32,000 bases of DNA from Halomicrobium mukohataei DSM 12286 (GTDB lineage: Archaea > Halobacteriota > Halobacteria > Halobacteriales > Haloarculaceae), in assembly GCF_000023965.1 (NCBI RefSeq), contig NC_013202.1, positions 90,001-122,000 of the forward strand, read 5' to 3'. Positions 1 to 9,551 of the stretch are shown here, one piece after another. The position numbers were made by a program, and so were the translations under genes. The stretch's first letter is position 1. Every line of letters starts with the position of its first letter. The notes beneath the pieces are model-generated. The model searched no databases, had not been told where the DNA came from, and worked only from the letters and a program-made list of their open reading frames with translations.

Positions 1-378
1 GGTGACCTCGCGGTAGGTCTCGCCAGCGTCGTCGTCGCCACGGTCGCCGGTGTCACCGGCGACGTCGACGTACTGTTCGAGCCGGCTGTCGTAGTCCTCG
101 CCCAGTGCGTCCCGTGCGCGTTCGTACTCCCCTTCGCTCAGTGCGACGGTGCTCGACGACAGTTGCTCGTCGAGGCGATCGCCGAGCCAGCGGCGGAGTT
201 GTTGCACGTCCCCGGAGTCCGACACCGAGTCGGGGTCCTCGTGCTGGACCGTGTCGTTGGTCGTTCCGTTCGGCGTCGCCGTGGACTGAGCGACGGCAGC
301 GTCGCTGGCGACGCCGGTGAGGCCGACACAGGCGAGACAGAGACACGCGACACAGAGGACGATCCAGCGGTTCGACAC
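1..378 (-). CDS. Exported acidic protein of unknown function; only the N-terminal 126 codons are in the window (3' end lies beyond position 1)
   Basis: Absent from the ORF track because no stop lies inside the window. The reverse frame 378->1 is open throughout. GTG at 378-376 gives VSNRWIVLCVACLCLACVGLTGVASDAAVAQS, a hydrophobic signal-like N-terminus. A strongly acidic sequence follows (DPDSVSDSGD, GDTGDRGDDDAGE). A TTTTTA box on the minus strand at 408-413 lies about 30 nt upstream of the GTG. Confidence 0.45.
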   Translation of the reverse strand, partial: MSNRWIVLCVACLCLACVGLTGVASDAAVAQSTATPNGTTNDTVQHEDPDSVSDSGDVQQLRRWLGDRLDEQLSSSTVALSEGEYERARDALGEDYDSRLEQYVDVAGDTGDRGDDDAGETYREVT

Positions 379-490
379 TGTCTTGCCGGGAGTATCGACC
401 GGGTGCGTAAAAACCGTGCGCCTTTCGGGGGCGAGCCCGAGAGCGCCGGAGCTGTCGCGCGTTCGTAATGGATATCTAACGAATGAGGCG

Positions 491-715
491 TTACTTTTCG
501 AACGTTTCCTCGTACTCACAGGAGGGACAGCTCACGACGGTCGGTGCGTCGGCCCCACCGGGCATCGCGGTCATGTGGTCGAGGAGAGCGTCACACTGGG
601 GACATGTGCTGGGGATCGTTTCTGGCATTAGAACGCAATTCTCACCGACTGCAAATATAATTTCTGGATCGAACTGATTATAATCTGTGACTGTTTCCCT
701 GTGTTTGTCCGACAC
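491..715 (-). CDS. Small zinc-ribbon protein (74 aa), function unknown
   Basis: ATG start and TAA stop. Two Cys pairs, CPQC (res 38-41) and CPSC (res 63-66), give a zinc-ribbon signature. Acidic composition; stand-alone gene in a locally less GC-rich stretch. Confidence 0.6.
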   Translation of the reverse strand: MSDKHRETVTDYNQFDPEIIFAVGENCVLMPETIPSTCPQCDALLDHMTAMPGGADAPTVVSCPSCEYEETFEK

Positions 716-798
716 TGTCGAGAAAGGAACGATGGGCGTCGCTCGCCCCGGTTGACGAAACCAGTAGCTTCAATGGGACGCGAGCGAAGCAACGAGCC

Positions 799-2220
799 AT
801 GCAGGTGACGCGTCGGTACTGGACGGTCGCCGCCCTCGGGACGGCGCTTGCCGTCTGGGGCGTCGTCGTCGCGGGGCCGCTGCCCGTACTCGGAAGCGGT
901 GCCATCGGAGCCTGGTTGCTCGTCCGACAGTACCGGTTCGTCCGATCGGCGACACGGGTACCCCAGAGAGTCAGCGTCGACCTCTCGACGCGGGACCGAG
1001 TCACGGCCGAAGAGACCGCCGAGCTGACCGTCGGTGTGACTCTCGACACCGCGATGCCGGTCCCGCTCACCGTCACCGTCGAGCCACCGGTCGGTGCGAC
1101 CGGCGACCCGGCGACGGTCGCGCTCGCGCCCGGCGAACGCGAGGCGGTCGCGTCGACGGCCGTGACCTGGCCGGTCGCGGGCTCGTTCACCGTCGACGAC
1201 GTGTCGCTGTCGATCTCCGACGCGGACGGGCTCTTCGCCCAGGTGGTCGATCTCGACGCCGGCCGCGAAGTCGCGGTCAGCCCGCGGGCACCCGACGATC
1301 TCCACGTCGGAGAGGGCGGAAATCCGATCGCGACCGGCTTCGGCGAGCAGGCGTCGAGCCAGATCGGTACCGGCATCGAGCCCGCCGAGATCCGGGAGTA
1401 CGTGCCCGGCGACGCCGTCCGACAGATCGACTGGAAGGCGACGGCACGGCTCGACCAGCCACACGTCATGGAGTTCGAGGGCGGCGCGGACCGGCAGACT
1501 ATCCTGGTGTTCGACCACCGCGCGTCGATGGGCGACGGACGAGCCGGGACGACCAAACTCGACTACGCGAGACAGCTCGCGGTCGCGATCGTCGACCGAG
1601 CACGCACCGACGACGACGGGCTCGGCTACTACGCCGTCGGCGACGACGGCGTGACGACGGCGATCAGCCCGCTGGTCAGAACCGACGCCTGGGCCACGGT
1701 CCGAACGAAGCTGCTCGCGGCCGCGACGACCGACGGTCGGTCCGGCGGCGTCGGACCCGGACGGTCGCCGAACACACGGCTCGCCAGCCGAGTCGCGAGC
1801 GACGATTCGGCGTTTGGACGGACGCTCGAACCGTTTCTGTCGGAAGGTGGGGCGTACCAGCAGCGCTTCGACGCACAGCCGCTGGCGGGCGCGATCAGGA
1901 CGGCCGAGTACCCCAGTGACATCGTCGTCCGGACGGTCATCGTGACCGACGACAGCCGCCCGGACGAACTGCGAGCGGCGGTCCGGCGTGCCAGCCGGAA
2001 CGGCAGCACCGTCGCGGTCTTCATGACGCCGACGGCGCTGTTCGAGTCGAGCGAACTCACCGATCTCGCTGGGGCCTACAGCGACTACGTCGCCTTCGAG
2101 GAGTTCCGGCGCGAACTCGCCGGCATGGAGGGCGTCGACGCCTACGAGATCGGCCCCGGTGACCGACTCTCGGCGGTGCTGTCGGCGGGCCGAACGCGGC
2201 GACGGAGGGAGTCGGCGTGA
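799..2220 (+). CDS. DUF58 domain membrane protein (vWA-like MoxR partner), 473 aa
   Basis: Hallmark DUF58 motif IREYVPGDAVRQIDWKATARLDQPHVMEFE. Two N-terminal hydrophobic helices, then a beta-rich segment (TAELTVGVTLDTAMPVPLTVTVEPP). A vWA-like block follows (ILVFDHRASMGDG...KLDYARQLAVAIVDRA). Confidence 0.85.
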   Translation: MQVTRRYWTVAALGTALAVWGVVVAGPLPVLGSGAIGAWLLVRQYRFVRSATRVPQRVSVDLSTRDRVTAEETAELTVGVTLDTAMPVPLTVTVEPPVGATGDPATVALAPGEREAVASTAVTWPVAGSFTVDDVSLSISDADGLFAQVVDLDAGREVAVSPRAPDDLHVGEGGNPIATGFGEQASSQIGTGIEPAEIREYVPGDAVRQIDWKATARLDQPHVMEFEGGADRQTILVFDHRASMGDGRAGTTKLDYARQLAVAIVDRARTDDDGLGYYAVGDDGVTTAISPLVRTDAWATVRTKLLAAATTDGRSGGVGPGRSPNTRLASRVASDDSAFGRTLEPFLSEGGAYQQRFDAQPLAGAIRTAEYPSDIVVRTVIVTDDSRPDELRAAVRRASRNGSTVAVFMTPTALFESSELTDLAGAYSDYVAFEEFRRELAGMEGVDAYEIGPGDRLSAVLSAGRTRRRRESA

Positions 2221-2714
2221 GCGTCGAGGACGGCCCCGAGGGCCTGGGCGGTGCCCTCGCCGCGGATTCGAGAACGGCCCCGGCCGTCGTGGGGGCGGGT
2301 GCGTTGCTGAGCGTTCTCACGGGCTGGCTCGTCGCCGGACTCGGCGGCGCACTGGCTGGCGTGGTCGTCGTGGCCGCTTGGCTCGTCGTCTCTCCGATCG
2401 TCGTCCTCGCGCTGGGGTACGTGCTGCTGGCTGCGGTCCTGCCGGAGAACGCGCCGCTCGCGACCCTCGGGCTCGCCCAGGCCCCCATGGTCGTCGTGTT
2501 CGCCGGCAGCGTCCTCGACGCCGACAGGCCGATTCGAACGCTCTGGCAGGGCGTCGTCGCGCTGACGGCGCTGTCGCTCGTCGTCGCGGGTAGTATCGCA
2601 ACGTTCGGGACGCGCTGGCAGGTGGCCGCGGTCCTCGTCGCCGTGGTCGCCGTCGCCGGCTACGGACTGCACCGCTACACTGTCGCGACACTGGAGGTCA
2701 CCGATGAGTACTGA
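2217..2714 (+). CDS. Polytopic membrane protein (165 aa), function unknown
   Basis: The GTG start overlaps the DUF58 stop (GTGA at 2217-2220). About 4-5 Ala/Val/Leu-rich hydrophobic helices. Confidence 0.7.
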   Translation: MSVEDGPEGLGGALAADSRTAPAVVGAGALLSVLTGWLVAGLGGALAGVVVVAAWLVVSPIVVLALGYVLLAAVLPENAPLATLGLAQAPMVVVFAGSVLDADRPIRTLWQGVVALTALSLVVAGSIATFGTRWQVAAVLVAVVAVAGYGLHRYTVATLEVTDEY

Positions 2715-3633
2715 TCACGCGACCGAACACCAGCAGACGACGGACGAATCGACACCCGACGACGAGCTGTCGCCGGAGTTAGCGGCACGACTGGAGACGC
2801 TGCGAGCCGAGAACGAACGACTCCGGTCGTCGTACGCTCGTGCCCGCCAGAGCCAGTACCGACAGACCGCGATCGGCTTCGCCGCCGTCGGCCTCGTCGC
2901 GACGATCGGGGGCGTCGTCTTTCCCTCGACCCGGACGATACTGCTCGCACTGGGCGGGACCGGCGTGTTCGCCGCCGTCCTGACGTGGTTCGTCACGCCC
3001 GAGCGGTTCGTCTCGGCCTCGGTCGGCGACGCCGTCTACGAGGCGCTGGCCCGCAATCACGAACGGCTCTGTCGGGAGCTCGGTCTCACCGACAGGCGGA
3101 TATACGTCCCGACCGCCGATCCGGCGACCGGCGTCCGCCTGTTCGTTCCACAGCAGACGCCGTTCGAGATTCCAGATGCAGACGACCTGTCGGCGCTGTT
3201 CGTCGTCACGGACGAGGCGGCGACGCGCGGTGTGGCGCTGCGCCCGACCGGCGAGACGCTGTTCGGGGAGTTCGAGTCGGCGCTGAGCGGATCGTTAGCG
3301 GACACGCCCGACGAGATCGCGACGCAGGTTCGCGCGGCGATCGTCGAGCAGTTCGAGATCGCCGACGCCGTCGAGCTGGACCTCGACCGAGCGGACGGCA
3401 GACTCACGGTGTCGGTCGACGACAGCGTCTACGGCGACCTCGGTCGATTCGATCACCCGATCGTCTCGATCGCGGCCGTCGCCCTCGCACGCGGACTCGA
3501 ACGGCCGATTCGAGCCGAACTTGCCGGCGAGGAGAACGTGGCGACACTGCGCTGGGAGCCCGCTCAAGCGGGCGACGACGAGACTGCTGTCGACGAGACG
3601 AGTGACAGCGAGACCGACGACGACGGCGAGTAA
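2704..3633 (+). CDS. Coiled-coil / two-TM protein with soluble acidic C-terminal domain (309 aa), function unknown
   Basis: ATG at 2704 overlaps the preceding gene by 11 nt. Acidic N-terminus, heptad-like ELAARLETLRAENERLRSSYARARQ, two TM helices (IGFAAVGLVATIGGVVF, ILLALGGTGVFAAVLTWFV) and an acidic C-terminal tail DETSDSETDDDGE. Confidence 0.7.
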   Translation: MSTDHATEHQQTTDESTPDDELSPELAARLETLRAENERLRSSYARARQSQYRQTAIGFAAVGLVATIGGVVFPSTRTILLALGGTGVFAAVLTWFVTPERFVSASVGDAVYEALARNHERLCRELGLTDRRIYVPTADPATGVRLFVPQQTPFEIPDADDLSALFVVTDEAATRGVALRPTGETLFGEFESALSGSLADTPDEIATQVRAAIVEQFEIADAVELDLDRADGRLTVSVDDSVYGDLGRFDHPIVSIAAVALARGLERPIRAELAGEENVATLRWEPAQAGDDETAVDETSDSETDDDGE

Positions 3634-3639
3634 GCGGAC

Positions 3640-4671
3640 CTATTCCACGCTGCCGCCGTCCGTGGCGCTCTCTTCGACATCTGCCATCTCCGTGGCGGCG
3701 GCCAGCTCTGTCTCGGAGTCGCCGCCGGGCGGTGTCACGTCCGCCAGGACATCATCGATCACCGACGCCGGAGACACGTCGCTCAGCTCCGCGTCGGCCG
3801 TCAGAACGAGCCGGTGAAGCAAGACCGCGCGGGCGAGCGCCTTCACGTCGTCCGGAATGACGTACTCGCGGCCGTGGATCGCCGCGCGAGCCTTCGCGAC
3901 GTTGAGCAGTCCGAGCGACGCGCGCATCGATCCCCCGTGTTCGACATCGGGATGGTCTCGGGTCGCCGCGACCAGATCGAGCACGTATTCGCGAACGCTG
4001 TCGGCGACGTGAACGTCGCTCACGACCTCGCGTGCGGCGGTCAGAGTCTCGGTGTCGACGACCTGTTCGACGCTCTCGGCGTCCAGCTCTGGAGCGTCGT
4101 TGAAGCGGTCGAGGACGCGTCGCTCCTCGTCTCGATCGGGGATGTCGACGGTGAGCTTCAGCAGGAAGCGGTCGCGCTGGGCCTCCGGCAACTCGAAGGT
4201 CCCCTCCATCTCGATGGGGTTCTGCGTGGCGATGACCACGAACGGATCGGGGAGCGCGAGCGTCTCGCCCTCGATGGTGACGTGGCCCTCTTCCATGGCC
4301 TCCAGGAGCGCCGACTGGGTTTTCGGCGTCGCGCGGTTGATCTCGTCGGCGACGACGAGGTTGGCGAAGATCGGCCCCTTCTGGAGCTGGAACTCGCCGG
4401 TCTGGCTGCGGTAGACGCTGGTTCCTGTGATGTCGGCCGGCAGCAGGTCCGGCGTCATCTGGACGCGCGTGTACGCGAGCCCGCTCGCGCGAGCGAACGA
4501 CTGTGCGAGCGTCGTCTTCGCGACACCGGGGACGCCTTCGAGGAGGACGTGGCCCCGGCTCAGCAAAGCGATCGTGAGGTGTTCGACGAGTTCGTCGTGT
4601 CCCACGAGCACCGTCCCGACCTCGTCGCGGACGGTCTCGTACAGGGCGGCTGGCTCAGTCATTGCCATCAC
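3640..4671 (-). CDS. MoxR-family AAA+ ATPase (343 aa)
   Basis: Walker A GVPGVAKT and Walker B LVVADEINRATPKTQSALLEAMEE. Other typical MoxR blocks: VIATQNPIEMEGTFELPEAQRDRF and GGSMRASLGL. Its stop lies only 6 nt from the stop of the converging 2704-3633 gene. Confidence 0.92.
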   Translation of the reverse strand: MMAMTEPAALYETVRDEVGTVLVGHDELVEHLTIALLSRGHVLLEGVPGVAKTTLAQSFARASGLAYTRVQMTPDLLPADITGTSVYRSQTGEFQLQKGPIFANLVVADEINRATPKTQSALLEAMEEGHVTIEGETLALPDPFVVIATQNPIEMEGTFELPEAQRDRFLLKLTVDIPDRDEERRVLDRFNDAPELDAESVEQVVDTETLTAAREVVSDVHVADSVREYVLDLVAATRDHPDVEHGGSMRASLGLLNVAKARAAIHGREYVIPDDVKALARAVLLHRLVLTADAELSDVSPASVIDDVLADVTPPGGDSETELAAATEMADVEESATDGGSVE

Positions 4672-5761
4672 CTTCCGCCCGTCGCTCCATAATGGCTTGC
4701 GTTACGCGCTCGACGCGCTCGGCGTCCCACTCGGGGTGGCGAGCCGTCACGCCGCGGACGATCGCCGCTCGGTCGCGTGGCGGTCGGGCCGGATCGTCCG
4801 AGCCGAAGCGGCGTCTCAGCGCCGACACTGCGTCCAACAGGGCAACGTGACCGGCCAGGACTCCGAGCAGCGCCGTTCCGACGACCGCCTGTAAGAGCGC
4901 CGACCCGCGGAGCGAAAGCACCAGCGCCTGAAGCGGGGGGAGGCTGCCCGCGTGGGACACGTCGAGGACGACGGTGTCCGAGCCCGCCAGGAGGGCGTGG
5001 CTAAACGCGCGGTTGTCGCCGCGTTCGAGCATCGCGTTGATGAACACGCTCGGGTCACTGACGGCGATCACCCGGCCCTCGCCGACGCGTTCGGCCGTGG
5101 CGACCGGGTACCGGGCGACCGTCTCGTCGTCGTCCAGTTCCTCGTTGCCGTTCCGGTCGAGGTAGGCGTAGGGAGAACTCGCCGCGAGGACCGTCGCGTT
5201 CGTCGCTCGAACGGCTCGCATCGTCTCGTTTGGAGCGCCGGTGTCGGTGGTGCCGGCCGCGCGGACCGCCGTCCCGTGGTTCAGGACGATCGTCTCGACG
5301 CTGTCGTTGTCCAGTCCGACCGCCGTGGCGACCGGCAGCGCCGGCCCGTTCTCGTAGCGGCGTTCGTCCCGCAGCGAAGCGCCGTCGAACCGGGTCTGGG
5401 CCCCGACGCTCCGGAGCAACCGGTTCCCGTTTGGCCCCACGTCTTCGGCGACCAGCAGCGTGCCCCCGGCCTCGACGAACCGTCGGATCGATCGGCGCTC
5501 CCGCTCGCTGTACTGCTCGGCGGGCGAGAGGATCACGGCCAGCGTCCCCTCGGCGTCGGCGGGGTCGTAGACGCTCGTGTTCTGCCCGATCGACAGCTCC
5601 TCGGCGTCGTCTGCGGCCAGCGAGCGGAACTCGCTGGTCCCGTCCCAGGCCGGGTTGTACGAGCCGAAGGCACCGCCCGACGTGCTCCCGGCGACGAGCA
5701 GTCCGAGAGTGACGACGACGGCGAAGCCGGCCAGCACGACGCGCGGGTAGTCGACGGCCAC
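4655..5761 (-). CDS. DUF4350 domain membrane protein (368 aa)
   Basis: GTG start. N-terminal TM followed by STSGGAFGSYNPAWDGTSEFRSLA, which I recognise as typical of haloarchaeal DUF4350 proteins. A second TM lies near the C-terminus. Overlaps the moxR start by 17 nt. Confidence 0.75.
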   Translation of the reverse strand: MAVDYPRVVLAGFAVVVTLGLLVAGSTSGGAFGSYNPAWDGTSEFRSLAADDAEELSIGQNTSVYDPADAEGTLAVILSPAEQYSERERRSIRRFVEAGGTLLVAEDVGPNGNRLLRSVGAQTRFDGASLRDERRYENGPALPVATAVGLDNDSVETIVLNHGTAVRAAGTTDTGAPNETMRAVRATNATVLAASSPYAYLDRNGNEELDDDETVARYPVATAERVGEGRVIAVSDPSVFINAMLERGDNRAFSHALLAGSDTVVLDVSHAGSLPPLQALVLSLRGSALLQAVVGTALLGVLAGHVALLDAVSALRRRFGSDDPARPPRDRAAIVRGVTARHPEWDAERVERVTQAIMERRAEGDGND

Positions 5762-5762
5762 G

Positions 5763-6038
5763 TCAGAGCACCCCCGGTGGTAGGATGGCGAGAATGCGCC
5801 TGATGACGACGTAGCCGAACGCGAGCAAACCGAGCAGGACGAGCCACTTGAGGCGGGCCCGCCAGTGTGGCATCACCTCGAAGGGAGCCGTCAGCTCGAT
5901 CACGACCAGAAAGCCGATCAGCGAGACGACGAAGAACAGTTCCAGAGACAGCGAGCCAAGCAGCGCCAGCGCGACGATCGTCGCGCTCATCCAGGCGACC
6001 TGGCCGACGACGAACCGCTGGCGGCGCGGCGTTGTCAT
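5763..6038 (-). CDS. Small membrane protein (91 aa), first gene of the DUF4350-MoxR operon
   Basis: The track ORF runs to 6146, but I prefer the internal ATG at 6038 (MTTPRRQRFVVGQVAWMSATIVALALL). The upstream 36 codons are non-acidic and unprotein-like. A CCTTATAC box at 6064-6071 sits about 29 nt upstream of 6038. The stop is 1 nt from the DUF4350 start. Confidence 0.55.
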   Translation of the reverse strand: MTTPRRQRFVVGQVAWMSATIVALALLGSLSLELFFVVSLIGFLVVIELTAPFEVMPHWRARLKWLVLLGLLAFGYVVIRRILAILPPGVL

Positions 6039-6063
6039 TGGCGCAATCGAACGGTCGGCGAGG

Positions 6064-6071
6064 GTATAAGG
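6064..6071 (-). promoter_or_regulatory. TATA-like box for the small-TM/DUF4350/MoxR operon
   Basis: Minus-strand CCTTATAC, centred about 29 nt upstream of ATG 6038. Confidence 0.45.
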
Positions 6072-6096
6072 TACCGGGATACAGCGCGAAGGAACA

Positions 6097-6105
6097 GGGT
6101 ATTGT
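6097..6105 (+). promoter_or_regulatory. Weak TATA-like box for the DUF457 hydrolase gene
   Basis: GGGTATTGT, centred about 28 nt upstream of ATG 6129. Confidence 0.3.
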
Positions 6106-6128
6106 CGCTGGAACGTCTCCCGTGTCGT

Positions 6129-6722
6129 ATGTGGCCGTGGGGACACCTCGCCGTCGGCTATCTCTGTTACTCGCTGCTGGCCCGGGCGACAGATCGGCGC
6201 GTGTCGCTGGTCGCGGTCGTCGCCGTGGCGGCGGGCACGCAGTTCCCGGACCTGATCGACAAGCCACTCGCCTGGACGGTCGCCGTGTTACCCAACGGCC
6301 GATCGCTGGCTCACTCGCTGATCACGGCAGCGGTCGTCGGCGTCGCCCTCGTCGCCGTCGCACGCGCCGTCGACGCACGCGACGAGTCCCGACCGCTCGG
6401 GGCCGACGGTGGCACTACCGCGATCCGTCCGACTGCGCTCCACCTCGCCGGCGCGTTCGTGCTGGGCTACGGCACACACCTCCTGAGCGACGGACTCCAT
6501 GCGATCGTCGACGGCGATTTCGCCATGCTGGCCTATCTGGCGTGGCCGCTGGTCCCGGCGATCGAGTACGGCGGTCCGAAGAGCTTCGTCGGACACGTCG
6601 CGTCCCTGGAGCTGACGCCGTTTCTCGCACTGGAGTTCCTGCTGGTCGGCGTGTCGCTCCTCGTCTGGAACGCCGACGGCAGACCGGGTCTGGGACGGAT
6701 TGTACAAGCCATCAGACGGTAG
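6129..6722 (+). CDS. Membrane-bound metal-dependent hydrolase (DUF457 / YdjM-like), 197 aa
   Basis: Starts MWPWGHLAVGYLCYSLL, the typical N-terminus of this haloarchaeal family. His/Asp-containing hydrophobic segments include FPDLIDKPLAW, SLAHSL and GTHLLSDGLH. The longer track ORFs from 5865/5867 are Arg-rich upstream read-through. Confidence 0.7.
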   Translation: MWPWGHLAVGYLCYSLLARATDRRVSLVAVVAVAAGTQFPDLIDKPLAWTVAVLPNGRSLAHSLITAAVVGVALVAVARAVDARDESRPLGADGGTTAIRPTALHLAGAFVLGYGTHLLSDGLHAIVDGDFAMLAYLAWPLVPAIEYGGPKSFVGHVASLELTPFLALEFLLVGVSLLVWNADGRPGLGRIVQAIRR

Positions 6723-7032
6723 CCGTCGACGGATACACGCATAGATGGGCACGTTAGCTCATGAATGGGGCCGTCAAAGTGTCGACAGGACGCCTATCGA
6801 GAGATCTGACAGCTATTGATCCAGTAATGTGAGAGAGGCGTTCCTGTACCTGAGAATATCTGTCCAAACACCCACATCAACAGCCACCTTCGAAAATACA
6901 ACCCCATAAGTGGTTATCGAGAGACAGAATAGCGGTTCTGGCCACGGTCGTCGACACCGACTATCCGCCCGTGCTCGACGGGAGAGAAACGCCTCCTTCG
7001 AGACGTGACCGATGGAAGACCGAAACCGTCAC

Positions 7033-7040
7033 CTATTCAA
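7033..7040 (+). promoter_or_regulatory. TATA-like box for the SelA-fold gene
   Basis: CTATTCAA, centred about 29 nt upstream of ATG 7066. Confidence 0.35.
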
Positions 7041-7065
7041 CTTCCCGTGTTGTTACCCGACTACT

Positions 7066-8286
7066 ATGGGTCTGTCACCAGACGGGAGAGTCGAACAGAC
7101 GGATATCTATCGCGAACTCGGGGTCCGGGAGGTCGTCAACGCCGCCGGGACGAAGACACGGATCGGGGGCAGCCTGATTCGGGAAGAAGCACTCGAAGCG
7201 ATGAACAGCGCGGCCGAGGGGTTCGTCGAACTCGGTGACCTGCAGGCGCGGGCCAGCGAACTGATCCGCGATGTCACCGGGGCCGAAGCGGGATACGTCA
7301 CCTCGGGGGCCGACGCCGGTCTCCTGCTGGGCGCGGCCGCCGCCATCGCCGGCTCGGACGTACAGGCGATGGATCGGCTGCCCGACACCGACGGGCTGGC
7401 CGACGAGATCGTCATGCCCCGCACCCACCGGACGGGCTACGATCACGCGCTGCGGGCCGCGGGCGCGACGATCGTCGACGTGGGGACCAACGACTTCCAC
7501 CTCGGGACGGGCGCGACCAACGTCGAGCCCTGGGAGATCGAGCGCGCCATCGGCGAAGAGACCGCCGCCGTCGGCTACGTCCAGAAGAGCTACACCCAGC
7601 CGGACCTCGAGACGGTCGTCGAGATCGCTCACGACCACGACGTGCCGGTGATCGTCGACGCCGCCGCGGAGGTGCCCCCGATCGACAACCTCGAACGGTT
7701 CGTCGAGACCGGCGCGGACCTCGTCGTGTTCAGCGGCGGGAAAGCCATCCGCGGCCCCCAGACGACCGGGATCGTCGCGGGTCGCAAGGATCTGATCCAG
7801 TCGATCGCGCTCCAGCACCTCGATATGCACGTCGCCCGCGAGGCCTGGGACCCGCCGCGTGAACTGATCGACCCGGACAGCGTCGACGGCGTCCCGCGCC
7901 AGGGAATCGGCCGACCGATGAAAGTCGGCAAGGAGGAGCTGGCCGGACTGATCCGCGCACTGGAGGTGTTCGTCGATCTCGACTACGACGCGCTCAGTGC
8001 CGAGTGGCAGCGCCAGGCCGAGCGCGCGGCCGACGCGCTGAACGCGGAAGACCACCTGACCGCCACCGTCAGCGGCGGCGAGGGCGAGAACGTCTCGCCG
8101 GTCACCGAGGTCACCCTCGACGAGACGCTGTCGGCCGTCGAACTGGTCAAAGCCCTCCGCGACGAGGACCCTCGCGTCTACGTCGGCGCGGACGGGATGG
8201 GCGACAACGAGATCGCGATCAATCCGATGTGTCTCGACGACGAGGAACTGGACTACGTCGTCGAACGCATCCGCGACAATCTCTAG
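7066..8286 (+). CDS. SelA-fold (DgaE-like) PLP-dependent enzyme
   Basis: The block VVFSGGKAIRGPQTTGIVAGRKDLI matches the SelA/DgaE PLP-lysine motif (FSGxK..GGPQ.G). The N-terminus IYRELGVREVVNAAGTKTRIGGS is typical of the family. I prefer the ATG at 7066 over 7012: the first 18 track codons have low GC3 and a CC dipeptide, and a CTATTCAA box lies about 29 nt upstream of 7066. Confidence 0.8.
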   Translation: MGLSPDGRVEQTDIYRELGVREVVNAAGTKTRIGGSLIREEALEAMNSAAEGFVELGDLQARASELIRDVTGAEAGYVTSGADAGLLLGAAAAIAGSDVQAMDRLPDTDGLADEIVMPRTHRTGYDHALRAAGATIVDVGTNDFHLGTGATNVEPWEIERAIGEETAAVGYVQKSYTQPDLETVVEIAHDHDVPVIVDAAAEVPPIDNLERFVETGADLVVFSGGKAIRGPQTTGIVAGRKDLIQSIALQHLDMHVAREAWDPPRELIDPDSVDGVPRQGIGRPMKVGKEELAGLIRALEVFVDLDYDALSAEWQRQAERAADALNAEDHLTATVSGGEGENVSPVTEVTLDETLSAVELVKALRDEDPRVYVGADGMGDNEIAINPMCLDDEELDYVVERIRDNL

Positions 8287-8333
8287 GCGGCCATTCGTCA
8301 CGCCTGCGGTCGACCGGGCAATCGATCACCCGC

Positions 8334-8341
8334 ACTTATTG
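8334..8341 (+). promoter_or_regulatory. TATA-like box (ACTTAT type) for dgoD-like gene 1
   Basis: ACTTATTG, centred 28 nt upstream of ATG 8365. The inverted repeat CCAC-ACGA-GTGG at 8347-8358 lies between the box and the start. Confidence 0.5.
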
Positions 8342-8364
8342 TCGAGCCACACGAGTGGTCCCAC

Positions 8365-9513
<1,149 letters not shown>

Positions 9514-9520
9514 CGTGAAC

Positions 9521-9528
9521 ACTTATCA
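9521..9528 (+). promoter_or_regulatory. TATA-like box (ACTTAT type) for iclR 1
   Basis: ACTTATCA, centred 27-28 nt upstream of ATG 9552 and flanked by the inverted GTGA...TCAC. Confidence 0.5.
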
Positions 9529-9551
9529 CGCTTAGGCAGTAATGGGTCCGT

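Noticed and set aside
628-1556. Long minus-strand ORFs (296 and 292 aa) antisense to the DUF58 gene
   Set aside because: They are Arg/Pro/Ser/Thr-rich, have no recognisable motifs and lie wholly inside a gene with a diagnostic DUF58 motif. This is the typical spurious antisense openness of GC-rich DNA.
5865-6757. Extended plus-strand ORFs (285 and 296 aa) starting inside the small-TM gene
   Set aside because: The upstream parts are Arg-rich nonsense that overlaps a minus-strand gene. Only the segment from ATG 6129 (MWPWGHL...) looks like the DUF457 hydrolase family.
7012-7065. Upstream ATG 7012 as the start of the SelA-fold gene
   Set aside because: The 18 extra codons (MEDRNRHLFNFPCCYPTT) have low GC3 and atypical composition. 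The TATA-like box lies inside them, at the right distance for ATG 7066. Not excluded, only less likely.
7066-8286. A genuine selenocysteine synthase (SelA) function
   Set aside because: The window has no SECIS-like context, selB, selD or tRNA-Sec, and haloarchaea are not known to encode selenoproteins. The sugar-acid neighbourhood favours a DgaE-like lyase role.
7075-8301. 408-aa minus-strand ORF antisense to the SelA-fold gene
   Set aside because: It is basic, Arg/Val/Gly-rich and has no motifs. The plus-strand frame carries the PLP-lysine motif and an acidic composition.
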